Below, one piece after another: positions 52,513-64,000 of a stretch of DNA of 64,000 nucleotides. Position 1 is the first letter of the stretch, and the number at the start of each line of letters is the position of its first letter. The stretch covers positions 14,696,001 to 14,760,000 of the forward strand of contig CM052818.1 in assembly GCA_028534125.1 (NCBI GenBank). The letters run 5' to 3'. A program made the translations under genes and the position numbers. Source of the stretch: Lama glama (Eukaryota). Below the pieces are notes generated by a model that saw only the letters and a list, made by a program, of their open reading frames with translations, was not told the DNA's origin and did no database searches.

Positions 52513-53196
52513 TACAGACTCCTCCGAGTTACTGATAAAATTCCATTAGGCATATTAGATGCTTTTGCAGGAAGATCTTTTGTTAGGGAGAACTGAAATA
52601 AGCATATTCATCCATTGCTATAACCAAAATTATTGCCTTCTGAAACAAAGAGAACATATGTCCTTTGCCACGTATCAGCCCTTCAAATACTTGAAGTAAA
52701 CTATCATGCTTCCCTCAAGCAGTATTTTCTCCAGTCTAAATACCCCCAATGCCTTCAAGCATTCCTCCTATTATGACATATTTTCCAGACCATGTGACCA
52801 ATTAATCATCCTGTTGTATACATACTTCAGCCCTTAACTATCCTTTGAAGTGCAGAGTACAGATACATGACATATGGTTTTTGAAATATGTAGTAATCAA
52901 GATGGAATTTTAATTTTAGAATTTGGCTCACTGTCTCCAAATACAAATGTTTTTAGTTTTCTGAGTTTTTTATTTTAACAAAATTACCATTCAGTCTTTA
53001 AGAAAAATATATTGTGTGCAGATATAGTCAAAAGTTTATGTTCAGTATCATTAACTCTATACATTACTTTAAAATGATTGTCAAGAAATAGAAAATATTT
53101 TTGTTTAATTTTGAATAAGAAAAAAAGTAAGTAGGCTTAATAAAACAATAGATTCAAAATAGTTCCTACACATCCAAAAATATTGGCTGAACTTAC

Positions 53197-53253
53197 CTCG
53201 ACAATTGGAATCATATAGTGCAATTTATAAAAGAAAACCATCAGTCATCTTTT
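53197..53253 (-). pseudogene. Relic exon, 57 nt, phase 1>1
   Basis: Strong acceptor ttctgtgtttcattttctcag and donor GAG|GTAAGT. Reads (E)KMTDGFLL*IALYDSNCR with one TAA. Confidence 0.65.
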
Positions 53254-54109
53254 CTGAGAAAATGAAACACAGAAGGGGAAGAAAACACACACACACCACA
53301 TGCAGTGTGTCCTTGGATACCGCTGGCTTGTTAGCAAGAACAGAGCAGGGCTGTTACAGTCATAGCCAGGCCACCTCTAAATGATGCCCCCTACCGTGGT
53401 CCACATTTCAATAACTTGGGAAGAAACCACATCCACATTTTTAATGACAATTTAACTCTAATTTCCGTGACTTACTGTCATAGCATCATAAAAAAAATTT
53501 ATAACTAGAAGAAATTAAGGCCATATTTATACAGCTGTAAACACTTTATAACCCATTTCTATAACTTACTGTGGCTTAATTTTTTGATAATTCAGTACCC
53601 TAAAGAGTATATTGCACATATTAGATGCTAGAGGAAGGAATTCATTCTTTAATATATGGACATTTTTATTTGTCATGACACCACAATTTATAGTGTTTGT
53701 TAAGCTTGATTTACACTCTCTGGTTTCTGCTTCCTGCTTGCTTCATCACAAAAGCTCTCCCTGGGTAATCTCATCCATGTACCTGACTTCAAACACTGTC
53801 CACTTACTGTTGATGACCAAATTTGTTTTTCAAGCCCAGTTTCTCTGCAGGCATGACCCACATATTTAAGAGCTTAGGGGTACTTCCACCTGGACAGTCC
53901 AACTGCCACTAAAACAACATGTGCAAAGGTGGAACACCAGGGGTCATATAATGCTAGAGAATGTTTACTGATTATTCATCATGTGCCATGCACTGTGCCA
54001 AGTGCTTCCCATGGATTTTTTTTCAGTCTTCACAGTGCAATTCAACTTGCTATGTTCATTTCCTTTTACCTGAAACCCCATTAAAACGATGGCATCAAAA
54101 TATGAAATA

Positions 54110-54575
54110 TGTAACAGACATCATTCACTAACTACCTAGTACCCATTCCACTCCCCTTCTTCCTGGCCAAGAGAACGCAACTTTGCTCAGTGCATCAACA
54201 TGTCAAACCAATTTCTCAGTTTTCTCTGCAGCACGGACTAACTATATGACCCTATAGGAGGAGCCAATGAAACACAAGGAGATGTCTGTTTTGGGAAGTT
54301 CAGGAAAAGCAACACCATCCTTATCCTTTCCTGCCTTCTTCTTGACTTAATAGTGAATATTATGTGCAGCTGCACTGTTTATTTTTGGACCATGAGCGAG
54401 AAGCCGAGAGAACCACAGAGACGTTGGGTCTCATATCACTGAGCCACTGAACCAAGGCCAGTGACCATCTACCTCCAGACTTCTTGTTACTGAGAAAAAT
54501 GAACTCCTATTTGTTATCTCCATGTTCAGTATGGTTTTCTATTAACTTGCAGCTGAAAAAAGTCCTAGTGGATCT
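54110..54575 (+). mobile_element. MLT1-type LTR
   Basis: ctacctccagacttcttgttactgagaaaaat...acttgcagctgaaaaaagtcctag. Confidence 0.7.
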
Positions 54576-55949
54576 AAAACTATAAACAAGAGATTTCAAC
54601 AAACTAGAGGGAAAGCAAATGGAGGAGGAGTAACTACACAGAAATACAAACCCTAGCACTTGTAGAAGGAAAAACAATGAGAAGCAAGCAAGTCAGCTCA
54701 CCTCATGGAACCCACAGAAGACTCAGGATTTGGAAGCACCAAGGACTACAGAAGACAAAGACCTACAGATAATAGCATTTGGAGGTTTCCCAACAAAAAG
54801 CCAGCTTTCCACCACTCACCACCCTTCTTCAAGTCAACAAGTCTACAATTACATGTTGGAAAATTTCCTTAAAAGTCTGTTTCTTCTTGGCTGTCTGTTT
54901 ATATTTATGAATAAGTCACTGAAAATATGATTGTAGGGAAAGTCTGTGGTATAAAAGAAAGAAGCAAAACAAACAGAAATAAAAAAGGAAAAGCAAAGAC
55001 AGGTGAAAGAAAAAAAAGAAACTTAAAGGAAACAAAAACAATGCAGAAAGCAGAAGGAAACCGCCAGAAGAAAAACACACACTATCCTCAGAGAAATATG
55101 AGGGGGGATAAAAAAAGAACAAGGTGCTCTGAAGTAGGAACAATCAAAATAGCACAGCAGAGACAAAGAAAATTAGTAGGAAGGTTGGAAGATGAAGTTG
55201 AGACAATTTCCCAGATAAAAAAATTGGGAGAATAGGTGAGAAAAATTGAAAATTAGAGGATCAGGGCCATGTAGAAATTTCAAAAGAGAAGAACCAAGAA
55301 GAGAGAGGGAAAGAAACTGTCAGAGAAAGACAATTAATTCCCCTCCCCCAAGAGCCCAGCATCTAAAGTTAAATTAAAACAAGCATGAAGGCAGATGACT
55401 GAAAATGCAGAAAAAGAGGGATAAACTGAACATCTCAAAAGCTTTCTGGGAGGAATAAATAGGTGTAGCTCCCAATCCTTTGGGAGAATGACATCAAATC
55501 TCTCATCAGAAACACAAGAAATCATGGAATTATGCCTTCAAAGTTCTGAGTGGGAGATAATTTTGAGTGCAGAAATTTATAACTCCAACAACCAATTAAG
55601 CATGAGGGCAGAAGGCAGGCAAGGATACAAACTTTTTGTCTCTCATGCACCTTTCTTGGAGGAGCTTATGGAGAATTATGTTTTAACAAAATAAGGAGCT
55701 AAATCAAGGAAATGAAAACACATAACTGAGGAAACAGAAACCCGCTCCAGGAAAGGGACAAGGGGAGAACTGGAATGACAGCTGTGCAGCAGGCCTAGAT
55801 CCAGACTGGAAGACAAGCTTCCAACGAGAAGTGTAACTGATAGGTTATTATGAGATTCACTTTGACATTTGGAGGTAGATCTTCTGTGAGGATTAAAAAA
55901 ATAGATTGATAGGTACATAGAGTTTCTGTTAGAGAAAAATAGCCAACTA

Positions 55950-56029
55950 TTAGTTTGAACAATATGAAATTGCTGTTTTGTAGCTCAAAATTTTGTCGAA
56001 CATTGGCTGTTTCATATTGTTCAACGTAA
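55950..56029. mobile_element. MADE2-like mariner MITE, 80 bp
   Basis: Inverted termini ttagtttgaacaatatgaaa / tttcatattgttcaacgtaa, with TA on the left. Confidence 0.8.
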
Positions 56030-59000
56030 CTTACAAGTGAATAATATGATGCAGGAAATTTGCATCAAATACTCTAACAATAAGAAAAACAAGAGAAGAG
56101 TTGGAGGAATATGTGGAACAAGAATGCCAGATACTGTTATTGAAACTGGGTAATAGACACATGAGGTAGTTTATTGTCCTGTATATGTTTGAAAATCCCA
56201 CGATAAAAAGTAGTTTAAAAAAAAAAAGAATGAACAAAGGAAAAAGAAGAAAATCATGACAACACAAAAATGTGCAAAATTTCAATAATCTTTCAGATAC
56301 CTGGAGGGATTTCTACTTAACGTTCAGATGAAGTTCAGTTGTAGAACCCACTGGAGACAGAAAGAAAAAAGTCAGAGACAGAGCCCATCTATACTGGACC
56401 ATTACTCACACTGGGTCAGGCAACATCAGGGATGCTTCCCATCCCCTGTTCCATCTCGTCCTTTATGTATGGACTCCACTGACTTCTAGGACTGCACTGT
56501 GCAACAAAATGGTACTGACAGCTGTTAAAATCCTTAGATCCGAAACTGAATAAGGCAACTATTTCCCACTGCCCATCAATTTCTTCCCAGTTCATTTCTC
56601 TTCTTGTCCAAACTATATTCCAGGATTCATCATTTTATTCACACCCTTGCAAATACCCTCAAGTCCTGGCTCTCTCACTTCTGCTCCTTGTAGCTGGCAA
56701 CAACCAACCCTGGATGAACCCTACTTCCTGCCTTCTCTGCATCTGTACCCAGAGAGCTAAATATTACTGGAGAAAATCATCTAAACCAGCTGACAGGCTT
56801 AATGTTATATTTATTACTGCAGACTGTAAACTGGCAATTTTATTATTGTTACTGTTTTAAATGAAGCTAAGTTACTTTAAAGAAGCAAAGCACAAAACCA
56901 ACAGCCAACTTCTCAATGAAACAATGAATACCAGAACACCGTGATGGTACCCACAAGGCACTGAAAAAAAAAGTAAATGCCATGTTAGAACTCTACTCAC
57001 AGCAAAGATATTTTTCAGGAATGAAGGTAAAATAAAAACACAGAAAAAAAAAAAACACAGAGACAAACAAGGACTGAGGTAACACATCACCAGTAGGCCC
57101 AAATTAAGAAAATACTGGTGAACATTTTTTTTTGGCAGAATGGAAATACTCCGACACAGAAGCCTAGAGAATTTAGGAAGGAAAAAAGAATAATAAAAAT
57201 GGCAAATATAAGAAAAACCCCTAAAATACTGACTTTTAAAAATATCTTATGATCTTTAAAATACGTAATTAAAATACATCACAATAGCATCTTAAGTAAA
57301 TGAGAGATAAATGGACATAAAGGGTGCTACAGAGCTTGCATTGTTGGAAAAGAGCATAAAGTAATATCAGTTATGGTTGTATGTTGTATTTCCAGGGAAA
57401 GCACTAGTAAAAGGAATAAAAGAATATACAACTTCTAAACTAATAGAGAAAAAAAGTAGAATAATAGAAAATAGTCAATCCAAATGAAGGCTAGAAAAAG
57501 GAAATGGAACATAAAACTGATAGAACAAGTGGAAAGAACAAAGAAGATACAAATTTAATTCTAAATATATCAGTAATGCCATTAAGTTTAAATGGACTAA
57601 ATACCCTAATTTAAAAACAAAGATTATATGACTACATAAAGAAACAAAACCTAACTGTTTACAATGGATACATATAAAACATAATGACAAAGAAACATTG
57701 AAAATAAAACAATGAAAAAAATTCTAGGCAAACATTCAAAATTAAGGTTGTGATATCCCTATTAATATCAGATAAAGTAACTTTAAAGCAAATAGCATTA
57801 TTAACGACAGAAACATTCCATAAAGATAAAAGGCTTAAGTCACCAGGAGACTACAATAGGTCTAAATTGCATGCATCAAATAACATGGACTCAAAATACA
57901 TAAAGAAAAAATTGACAAACCTACCAGAAGAAAGAAGCAAATCCACAATCATAATTGGATAAGCAGTCAAAGACAAAATCAATAAGGGTTTTGGACATTA
58001 TGACTTGGTAAATTTGATTTCATGGCCATATATAGAACACTATATTCAATAATTACAGAATATACATTCTTTGCAAGGCATAGTGAACTTTTATAAAAAT
58101 GGTCATATACTGGGCCACCATCTTCTTGCCCCAACAATCATCTCTTGATTTACTGGCCTGTTGTGTGGCAAGCAGTACAAACTTGGACTTGATAACAAAC
58201 ACATATATTGACGTATATATAAGTATATATATATGAAATCGCATATGCCTTAGAAAGAGAATACGCCTTCTTTTCAGGTCTCTTTTACAGCAAACATTGT
58301 TGGGTATCTCCCTAACAGCCATTCCTCTCTCTCTTCCTTGACACCAAATCCCACCTGCTAGGAGGAAAGCTAAAAATGCCAGAGACTTCCCTAACAGCAC
58401 TTGAGGCCAGGGCACAGGCCTGAGATCTTGTTCTGTCCAGTGGGACCTGTAGAGAAATCTTCCAGAGTCTTTTAAGACTTTCCTCTCTGAGAAGAAAAGG
58501 TTGTGTGATGAAAAAGCCTCACATTCTTCCTGCCTTTGAATCAGTTTTGTAAGAGTGTGAAGGACTTGCAGGCAAGCAGAGGAGATAGAAAGCCAAGAGG
58601 GATCCAGAGAAACTGATCCCAGAGCCCTAACATAATGGTGTTCCAACTCTGGAACTGCCTGCTCCAGTCTTTTTGGAAAGTAAGAAAAACCAGCCTCTTC
58701 ATTAAGCCACTTTTAATCAGATATTCTGTTACTTGCAACCTAAAGCATCCTAATTGGATCATCCATCCTAATTGATTTATCCAAAATAAATCATGTCATT
58801 GGAATGGTATAACAATCATTTTAAAGTAGAGATCTTCTAGGCCCCATTCTCAGGTCATAATCAAATAAAAATAGAAATGAGTAATAAAAGATGACTTTAA
58901 AAAATCATAACCACTGGAAATCTAAAAACACATCCCCAGAAAACCATTGAACATTAGCTCAAAGAGGAAGTAAAACATGAAATTATAAACCATCCAGAAA

Positions 59001-60262
59001 GCAATGAAAAGAACACTTTTTAACAAAACCTATGGAAAAATCAAAAGCTATATTCAGGGGGAAATGCCTAATCACTATCATTAACATAAAAGCACTAAAA
59101 CTAAAGGGAACTACCACTCATGTTGAATATTTAGAGAATGAGCAGCAAAGAATTTAAAAAGAGGGAATTAATAATGACAAAAGTTGAAATTAATGAAATG
59201 AAAACCAAAATGTAGAAATGATCAATATATCCAAAGCTGTTTTTAAAGATATACCAATAAAATAGATAAATTTCTTCTGAGACTGATTAAGGAAAAAGGA
59301 GGAAAGAGTAAAATTATATAAGATTAAGAATTTTCAAAGGAGATATAGACACAGATACAAAAGAGATTTTAAAAATTATAAAATCTACAACTACAAATTT
59401 GAAAACCCTAGAACAACTGGATAATCTCCTAGCAAAATATAAATGAACATGGGAACAAGTGGCAAACTCAAATACACCAATTACAATAAACCAGACTGGA
59501 AAGATGATTAAAGGACTATCATCAAGAAGAAACCAGGACCAAGTGATTTCATAACTTATTTTAGTTAACTCAAGAACAGTAATTACAATATTACTTAAAT
59601 CATTCCAGAATGAATGAAAAGGGAAACCCTCTAATACATTGCATGAACCAGTAAAACTTTTAACACCAAAATTTGATACAGTAACAACTCCCCTTACTAA
59701 AAAAAGGAAATCATAATCTCACTTGTAAATACAGATGTAAAATTTCTAAATAAAATATTAGCAAGCAATATTCAGCAGACTCAAAAGAATAACACACTGT
59801 GAGCAATCAGAGTTTAATTCAAGGAATTCAAGAGTGAAATTCAATGTAATGAAGCATGTTTACCAAAAATCAGCAGCAAATATCATTCTCCTTCGTGAAA
59901 AAATGAAACCATTTCAAATAAAATCAGAAACCAGACAGGGATACCTGCTACGGTTATTATTATTCAGCACTGTCTTGAGGCGTTTAGCAAATGAAATAAA
60001 CACTGGGGAAAAGATAGACTTTTTTTGCTAAGTACACAGTTGTATACTTGAAAAATTCAATAGACTATACAAAACAAAAACAAAAACAAAAACAAAAACA
60101 AACAAAATCCAGTACAATTAATGCAAATATTTGAAAAGGTAACTCTATGACATAACATAAATATACGAACATCATTACGCTTTCCTTATTCTACCATAAG
60201 CACCCAGAAACAACAATGGGGAAAATATTCCATACACAACAGTGAAAAAAGCAATAAAATAC

Positions 60263-60623
60263 TGTTATGGACTGAATGTTTTTATCCCACCCAAATCCAT
60301 ACGTTGATACCTCATCTCTAATGTGATAGCATTTGGAGATGGAGCCTTTGGAAGGAAATTAGGTCATGAGGGTGAAACCCTCATGAAAGAGGTAAGTGGC
60401 CTTATAAAGAAGAGACCAGAGAGCTAGCTAGCCCTCTTTGTGACATAGGAGGACACAAGGAGAAGTTAGTAGTCTGCAACCCAGTAGCGAGCCCTCACCA
60501 GAACCTGACCATGCTGGCAGCCTGATCTTGCACTTCCAGCCTCTGTAACTGTGAGAATTTCTGTTGTTTATAAACCACTCAGTCTATGGTACTTTGTCAC
60601 AACCACCCAAACTGACTAAGGCA
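60263..60623 (+). mobile_element. MLT1A-like solo LTR
   Basis: tgttatggactgaatg...actgactaaggca with a 5-bp TSD aatac on both sides. Confidence 0.9.
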
Positions 60624-63149
60624 AATACTTAGGAATAAACTCAGCAAGAAAAGCACAAAACTTATATAATGACAACCATAAAATCACACTGAAAGATAAA
60701 TTTTAAAATCTGAGCAAATGAAAAGACATCTACATTCTTAGATGGGAAGATTTAATATCAGTTCTCTTGATATCATGAATGTGTGCAATTAAAAAGCAAG
60801 TAAAATACGGATTCATAAAATAGAAAAGTTAAAAGCCGAGGAAACCTAAATCAACCATAGACTTTGGTTAATACTAATGCATCAATATGGGTTCATTAAT
60901 TGTAACAGGTATCATACTAATGTAGAAGGTTAACAGAGGAAACAGTAAGAAGTGTACAGAAACTCTCTGTACTATCTTCACAATTTTTCTGTGCATCTAA
61001 AACTGTTTTAAAAAATAAAGTTTATTTTTAAAAACAGATTTGTAATAAAATTAGAAAAGTTTTCTTAAAAAAATAAACAAATATCATTTCAATTAAATGG
61101 ATTAAAGTATCTTAAAGTTTAGAGAGAAAATAAATGCCCAAGAAAGCAAATAAATGAATGAACTATAAAGCCACTGTAATTAAATCAATATCAAGTATTA
61201 GTATCAGAACAGATAAATCAATCAGTGGACCAGAAAAAAGAATCCAGAAATAAAATCCAGTTTATATGAGATTTTAACATATGACCAAAATGCATTTCAA
61301 TTCAATGGGGAAAGAGTGACTATCTAACAAATGGTGCTGGCACAACTGGCTACCCATCTGGTAGAAAATAGTCCCCAGTCTCATATTGTAAATAAAAAAC
61401 AAATTCCAGCTGGAGAAATGCCTAATGTAATAAATAAAGCATCAAAAAGTTAGAAGGAAGGCTAAGAAACAGCACTTACAATCTGTTTTTTAACCAGAAA
61501 GGAAAAATAGCCATATCTGAGTTTACAAAAATTAAAAACAATTTATGTTGCAAAAGCTATCATAAACAAAACTGACAGGCAAATGATAAATTCCGGAAAA
61601 CAGTTGCAAAAGAGATAACAGATAATGAGCTAGTAGTCATCACCAATATACAAAGTGCTGTTAAAAACTGGCAAGAGACCAGCAATCCAGTGGGAAAATG
61701 GGTAAAGGTTGTGAAAAGAGAATTTGTGTGAACAAGTCCACATGCATGAAGATGCACAAACGAACCAATAATTAGAGAAACGTAAATTACAGTAAAAAAT
61801 AACACGTCACTACTCTCAAACAGATAAAAGAAAAAGAGAGAGCAACAGTACCAATTGCCAACATGACGAAGATTTTTAAAAATGTAAATTGCTTACAGTT
61901 GTTTTGAAAAGCTGTCTGACAAATATTTTTAAAGTAGAAGTACATAGAAACTTTAGTCAACCAATCACACTCCTGGGAATTTATCCCCTAAAATAAAATC
62001 ACCAATAAAGTGTTTATTACAGCATTGCTCTTATTGCAGGGGAAAAATACAAATAAAAAATAACACAATGAGTTCCTAGCAATAAGGAATAAATAATGAT
62101 ATACCTATACTGTGGAATATTAAGCAGCCATTAAAAAGACTGAACTAGTGCTGTATGTAACATTTGACTTGGAGGGACTTTCCTAGGTGTATTTTTGAAT
62201 GATAAAAGTGAGATGCAGGGAGGGGCATACACCATGATCCTGTTTTTAAAAAGCAGATATTGAATAAACCCCCAAAATATATGTGCACCCAAGTGAGTGT
62301 GTATATGTGTGTGTGTGTGTGAAGGACATGGAGACAAAACACAAAAGAAAACACACCAGGTTGCTAACATAAATGACTGTCAGTGTGGCAGGGGAGGGGG
62401 TGTGCAGGGGCTAGTGAGAAAAAACTGGGCAGAATGTATGATACAATTACATAGATGTTAAGAAAATTATCAAAAATCTGCTATAACATGGATTGGGATA
62501 TAACATGATTGGCACGAGTGCCCATCCTCCATGTAGTCCTCATTCTCAAACTGTTTCATGGTAACTTGGCATTTTTCTCATCCATTGACCTATTAGTTCT
62601 GTCAATGTTAAGTCTCACAATCCTTTCTTTTTTGTATTTTGTGACAATCCTACTGAAAAATAGTTTTTTTCATTTACTGTCACCCATATTTTATGAAATT
62701 GAATTTGTGCACCCCACTTTTCAAGTTGGGGTACAGTTTTACACACAAATGCAAGTATGTACCTTATACACAAAGAAATTAGGAAAAATAAGAAATTGGT
62801 AGTTACAAGTTTCCTGACTGCTGAATATACATAAAGTGAAAAAACTAGTTATAAAAAAATGCATAAAGTATTCTATTTCAGTAAAAACAAGCAAAATCCT
62901 AAGTATAAATGTACTCTTAAATATTTTCAAGTGAAAGGCTAAGCTTCACAGAGGATTCACAAAGCCACTGGCTCAGGTTACATAAAGGGAGAGAAATAAA
63001 TGGGAGGGACCAATTACTAGCTTTGCTTTTATACCTCCCTGTATTTTATTACTTCACTTATTATAATAAGCAAAAAAAATTATTGCTTTTGAAATCTAAA
63101 AACATTAAGTAAAGAAAACAAAGATAAATTGCAAACGATAAAATAAACT

Positions 63150-63275
63150 AAACTGGGTATTAATTAGTACCTACCTCATAAGATTGCTGTGAAGATTACA
63201 TGAGCTAATTCATGTAAAGTGTTTAGTATACTACCTAACATGCTGCAAATGCTCAGTAAATAGTAGCTATTTTCA
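63150..63275 (+). mobile_element. MIR 3' fragment
   Basis: tagtacctacctcataagattgctgtgaagattacatgagctaattcatgtaaagtg. Confidence 0.8.
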
Positions 63276-63521
63276 CTTAGAGCAAAAACGCTACAGAGAG
63301 CAGTGGAAATCGGGAAGCTGAAAAGACAAGGTCTTTGAAAATGACGTGGTGTACAAAGGGCACTTTTTTCCCTATTACTGAATCTGTTCCCCTTGGACTG
63401 AGAGGACTCATTATGGCAACCATACAGCTCATCAAACACATGTTCATTGACAGTAAAAGTAAAATTACAATTAGATAAATAAGATGTTTAAACAATAAAA
63501 AGGAGATGGCAACATTTTTGC

Positions 63522-63765
63522 CTTGCAGGCTCTTTAAGAACTTCAAGAACCATCCTACAGCACAATGCTTCTGCCACAACCACTCCAGGTAAGCAATACT
63601 TGGACGGGGATGTTTTCCTCATGTTAGAGGAAACTGAACAGAACACAGTTCATACAGATGGGAGAGTGATGCTACTGCTCTTTTTGACGGCCTCCCCAAG
63701 TGGGAAATCCATTCCCAAAGGCAGAAATTCCGCTTTTGATTCCGAGAATTTCTTTGCTGGTCTGC
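63522..63765 (-). pseudogene. Relic exon, 244 nt, phase 0>1
   Basis: Acceptor catgcttttag. Reads ADQQRNSRNQKRNFCLWEWISHLGRPSKRAVASLSHLYELCSVQFPLT*GKHPRPSIAYLEWLWQKHCAVGWFLKFLKSLQ with a single TGA at 63619-63621. Donor is non-canonical AAG|GCAAAA. Confidence 0.6.
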
Positions 63766-64000
63766 CTAAAAGCATGTTAGATTAGTGATAACCTACAAAC
63801 TGAATTCGTTTCATCAATACTGCTGGCTTATTGTCCAATCACCAAACATGAAATCAGTTCAGAAGTTGCACGAGTGTGTTATTAGTCTTATTACTTACAT
63901 AGAATTGACTTTCTCCTCGGGGCCTTGCACCTGGCCTGTCACGGTCCCTTTGCTGGTGTTCTTCACCCAGCCAACCACTCCTATCTTCCTAGCCTCATCT

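Larger units (their letters stand above)
54580..62250 (+). mobile_element. Long fragmented old L1 tract with nested L2, MLT1 (about 58250-58760) and other inserts
   Basis: Ordered ORF1, endonuclease, RT and 3' remnants (aatggactaaataccctaatt; atattaatatcagataaagta; aacaaatggtgctggcacaactgg). Confidence 0.75.
335..63765 (-). pseudogene. Decayed multi-exon gene relic, about 27 exon candidates, large unrecognised protein
   Basis: All exon-like segments are on the minus strand in non-repeat DNA. Phase-compatible chains: 63765>53253>51712>44314; 20028>18338>16098>15290>14998>14508>13685>13038; 5312>4748>4458>3741>615. In-frame stops are sparse and TGA-rich. Confidence 0.7.

Noticed and set aside
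1..64000. CRISPR arrays, operons, rRNA, intact retroelement ORFs
   Set aside because: None seen; the DNA is mammalian and all L1 copies are truncated or disabled.

Overview
AT-rich, repeat-dense mammalian genomic DNA with three assembly gaps (907-1006, 6281-6780, 39556-40055). A tRNA-Ala-derived SINE and the style of the young L1 3' ends suggest a camelid, which is inference only. I found no intact protein-coding gene. Roughly half the window is L1, L2, MIR, MaLR/ERVL LTRs and DNA transposons. The main signal lies in the unique DNA between the repeats: about 27 exon-like segments on the minus strand, running from 63765 down to 335, about 4.4 kb or 1,450-1,500 codons in total. Most have AG/GT boundaries, and several runs splice in phase into protein-like sequence interrupted by scattered stops (often TGA), a few frameshifts and a few mutated splice sites. 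This looks like the relic of a large multi-exon gene (a unitary pseudogene) whose product I cannot name and which probably extends beyond both window ends. Exon calls and repeat family names were made by eye or from recall and need alignment checks.
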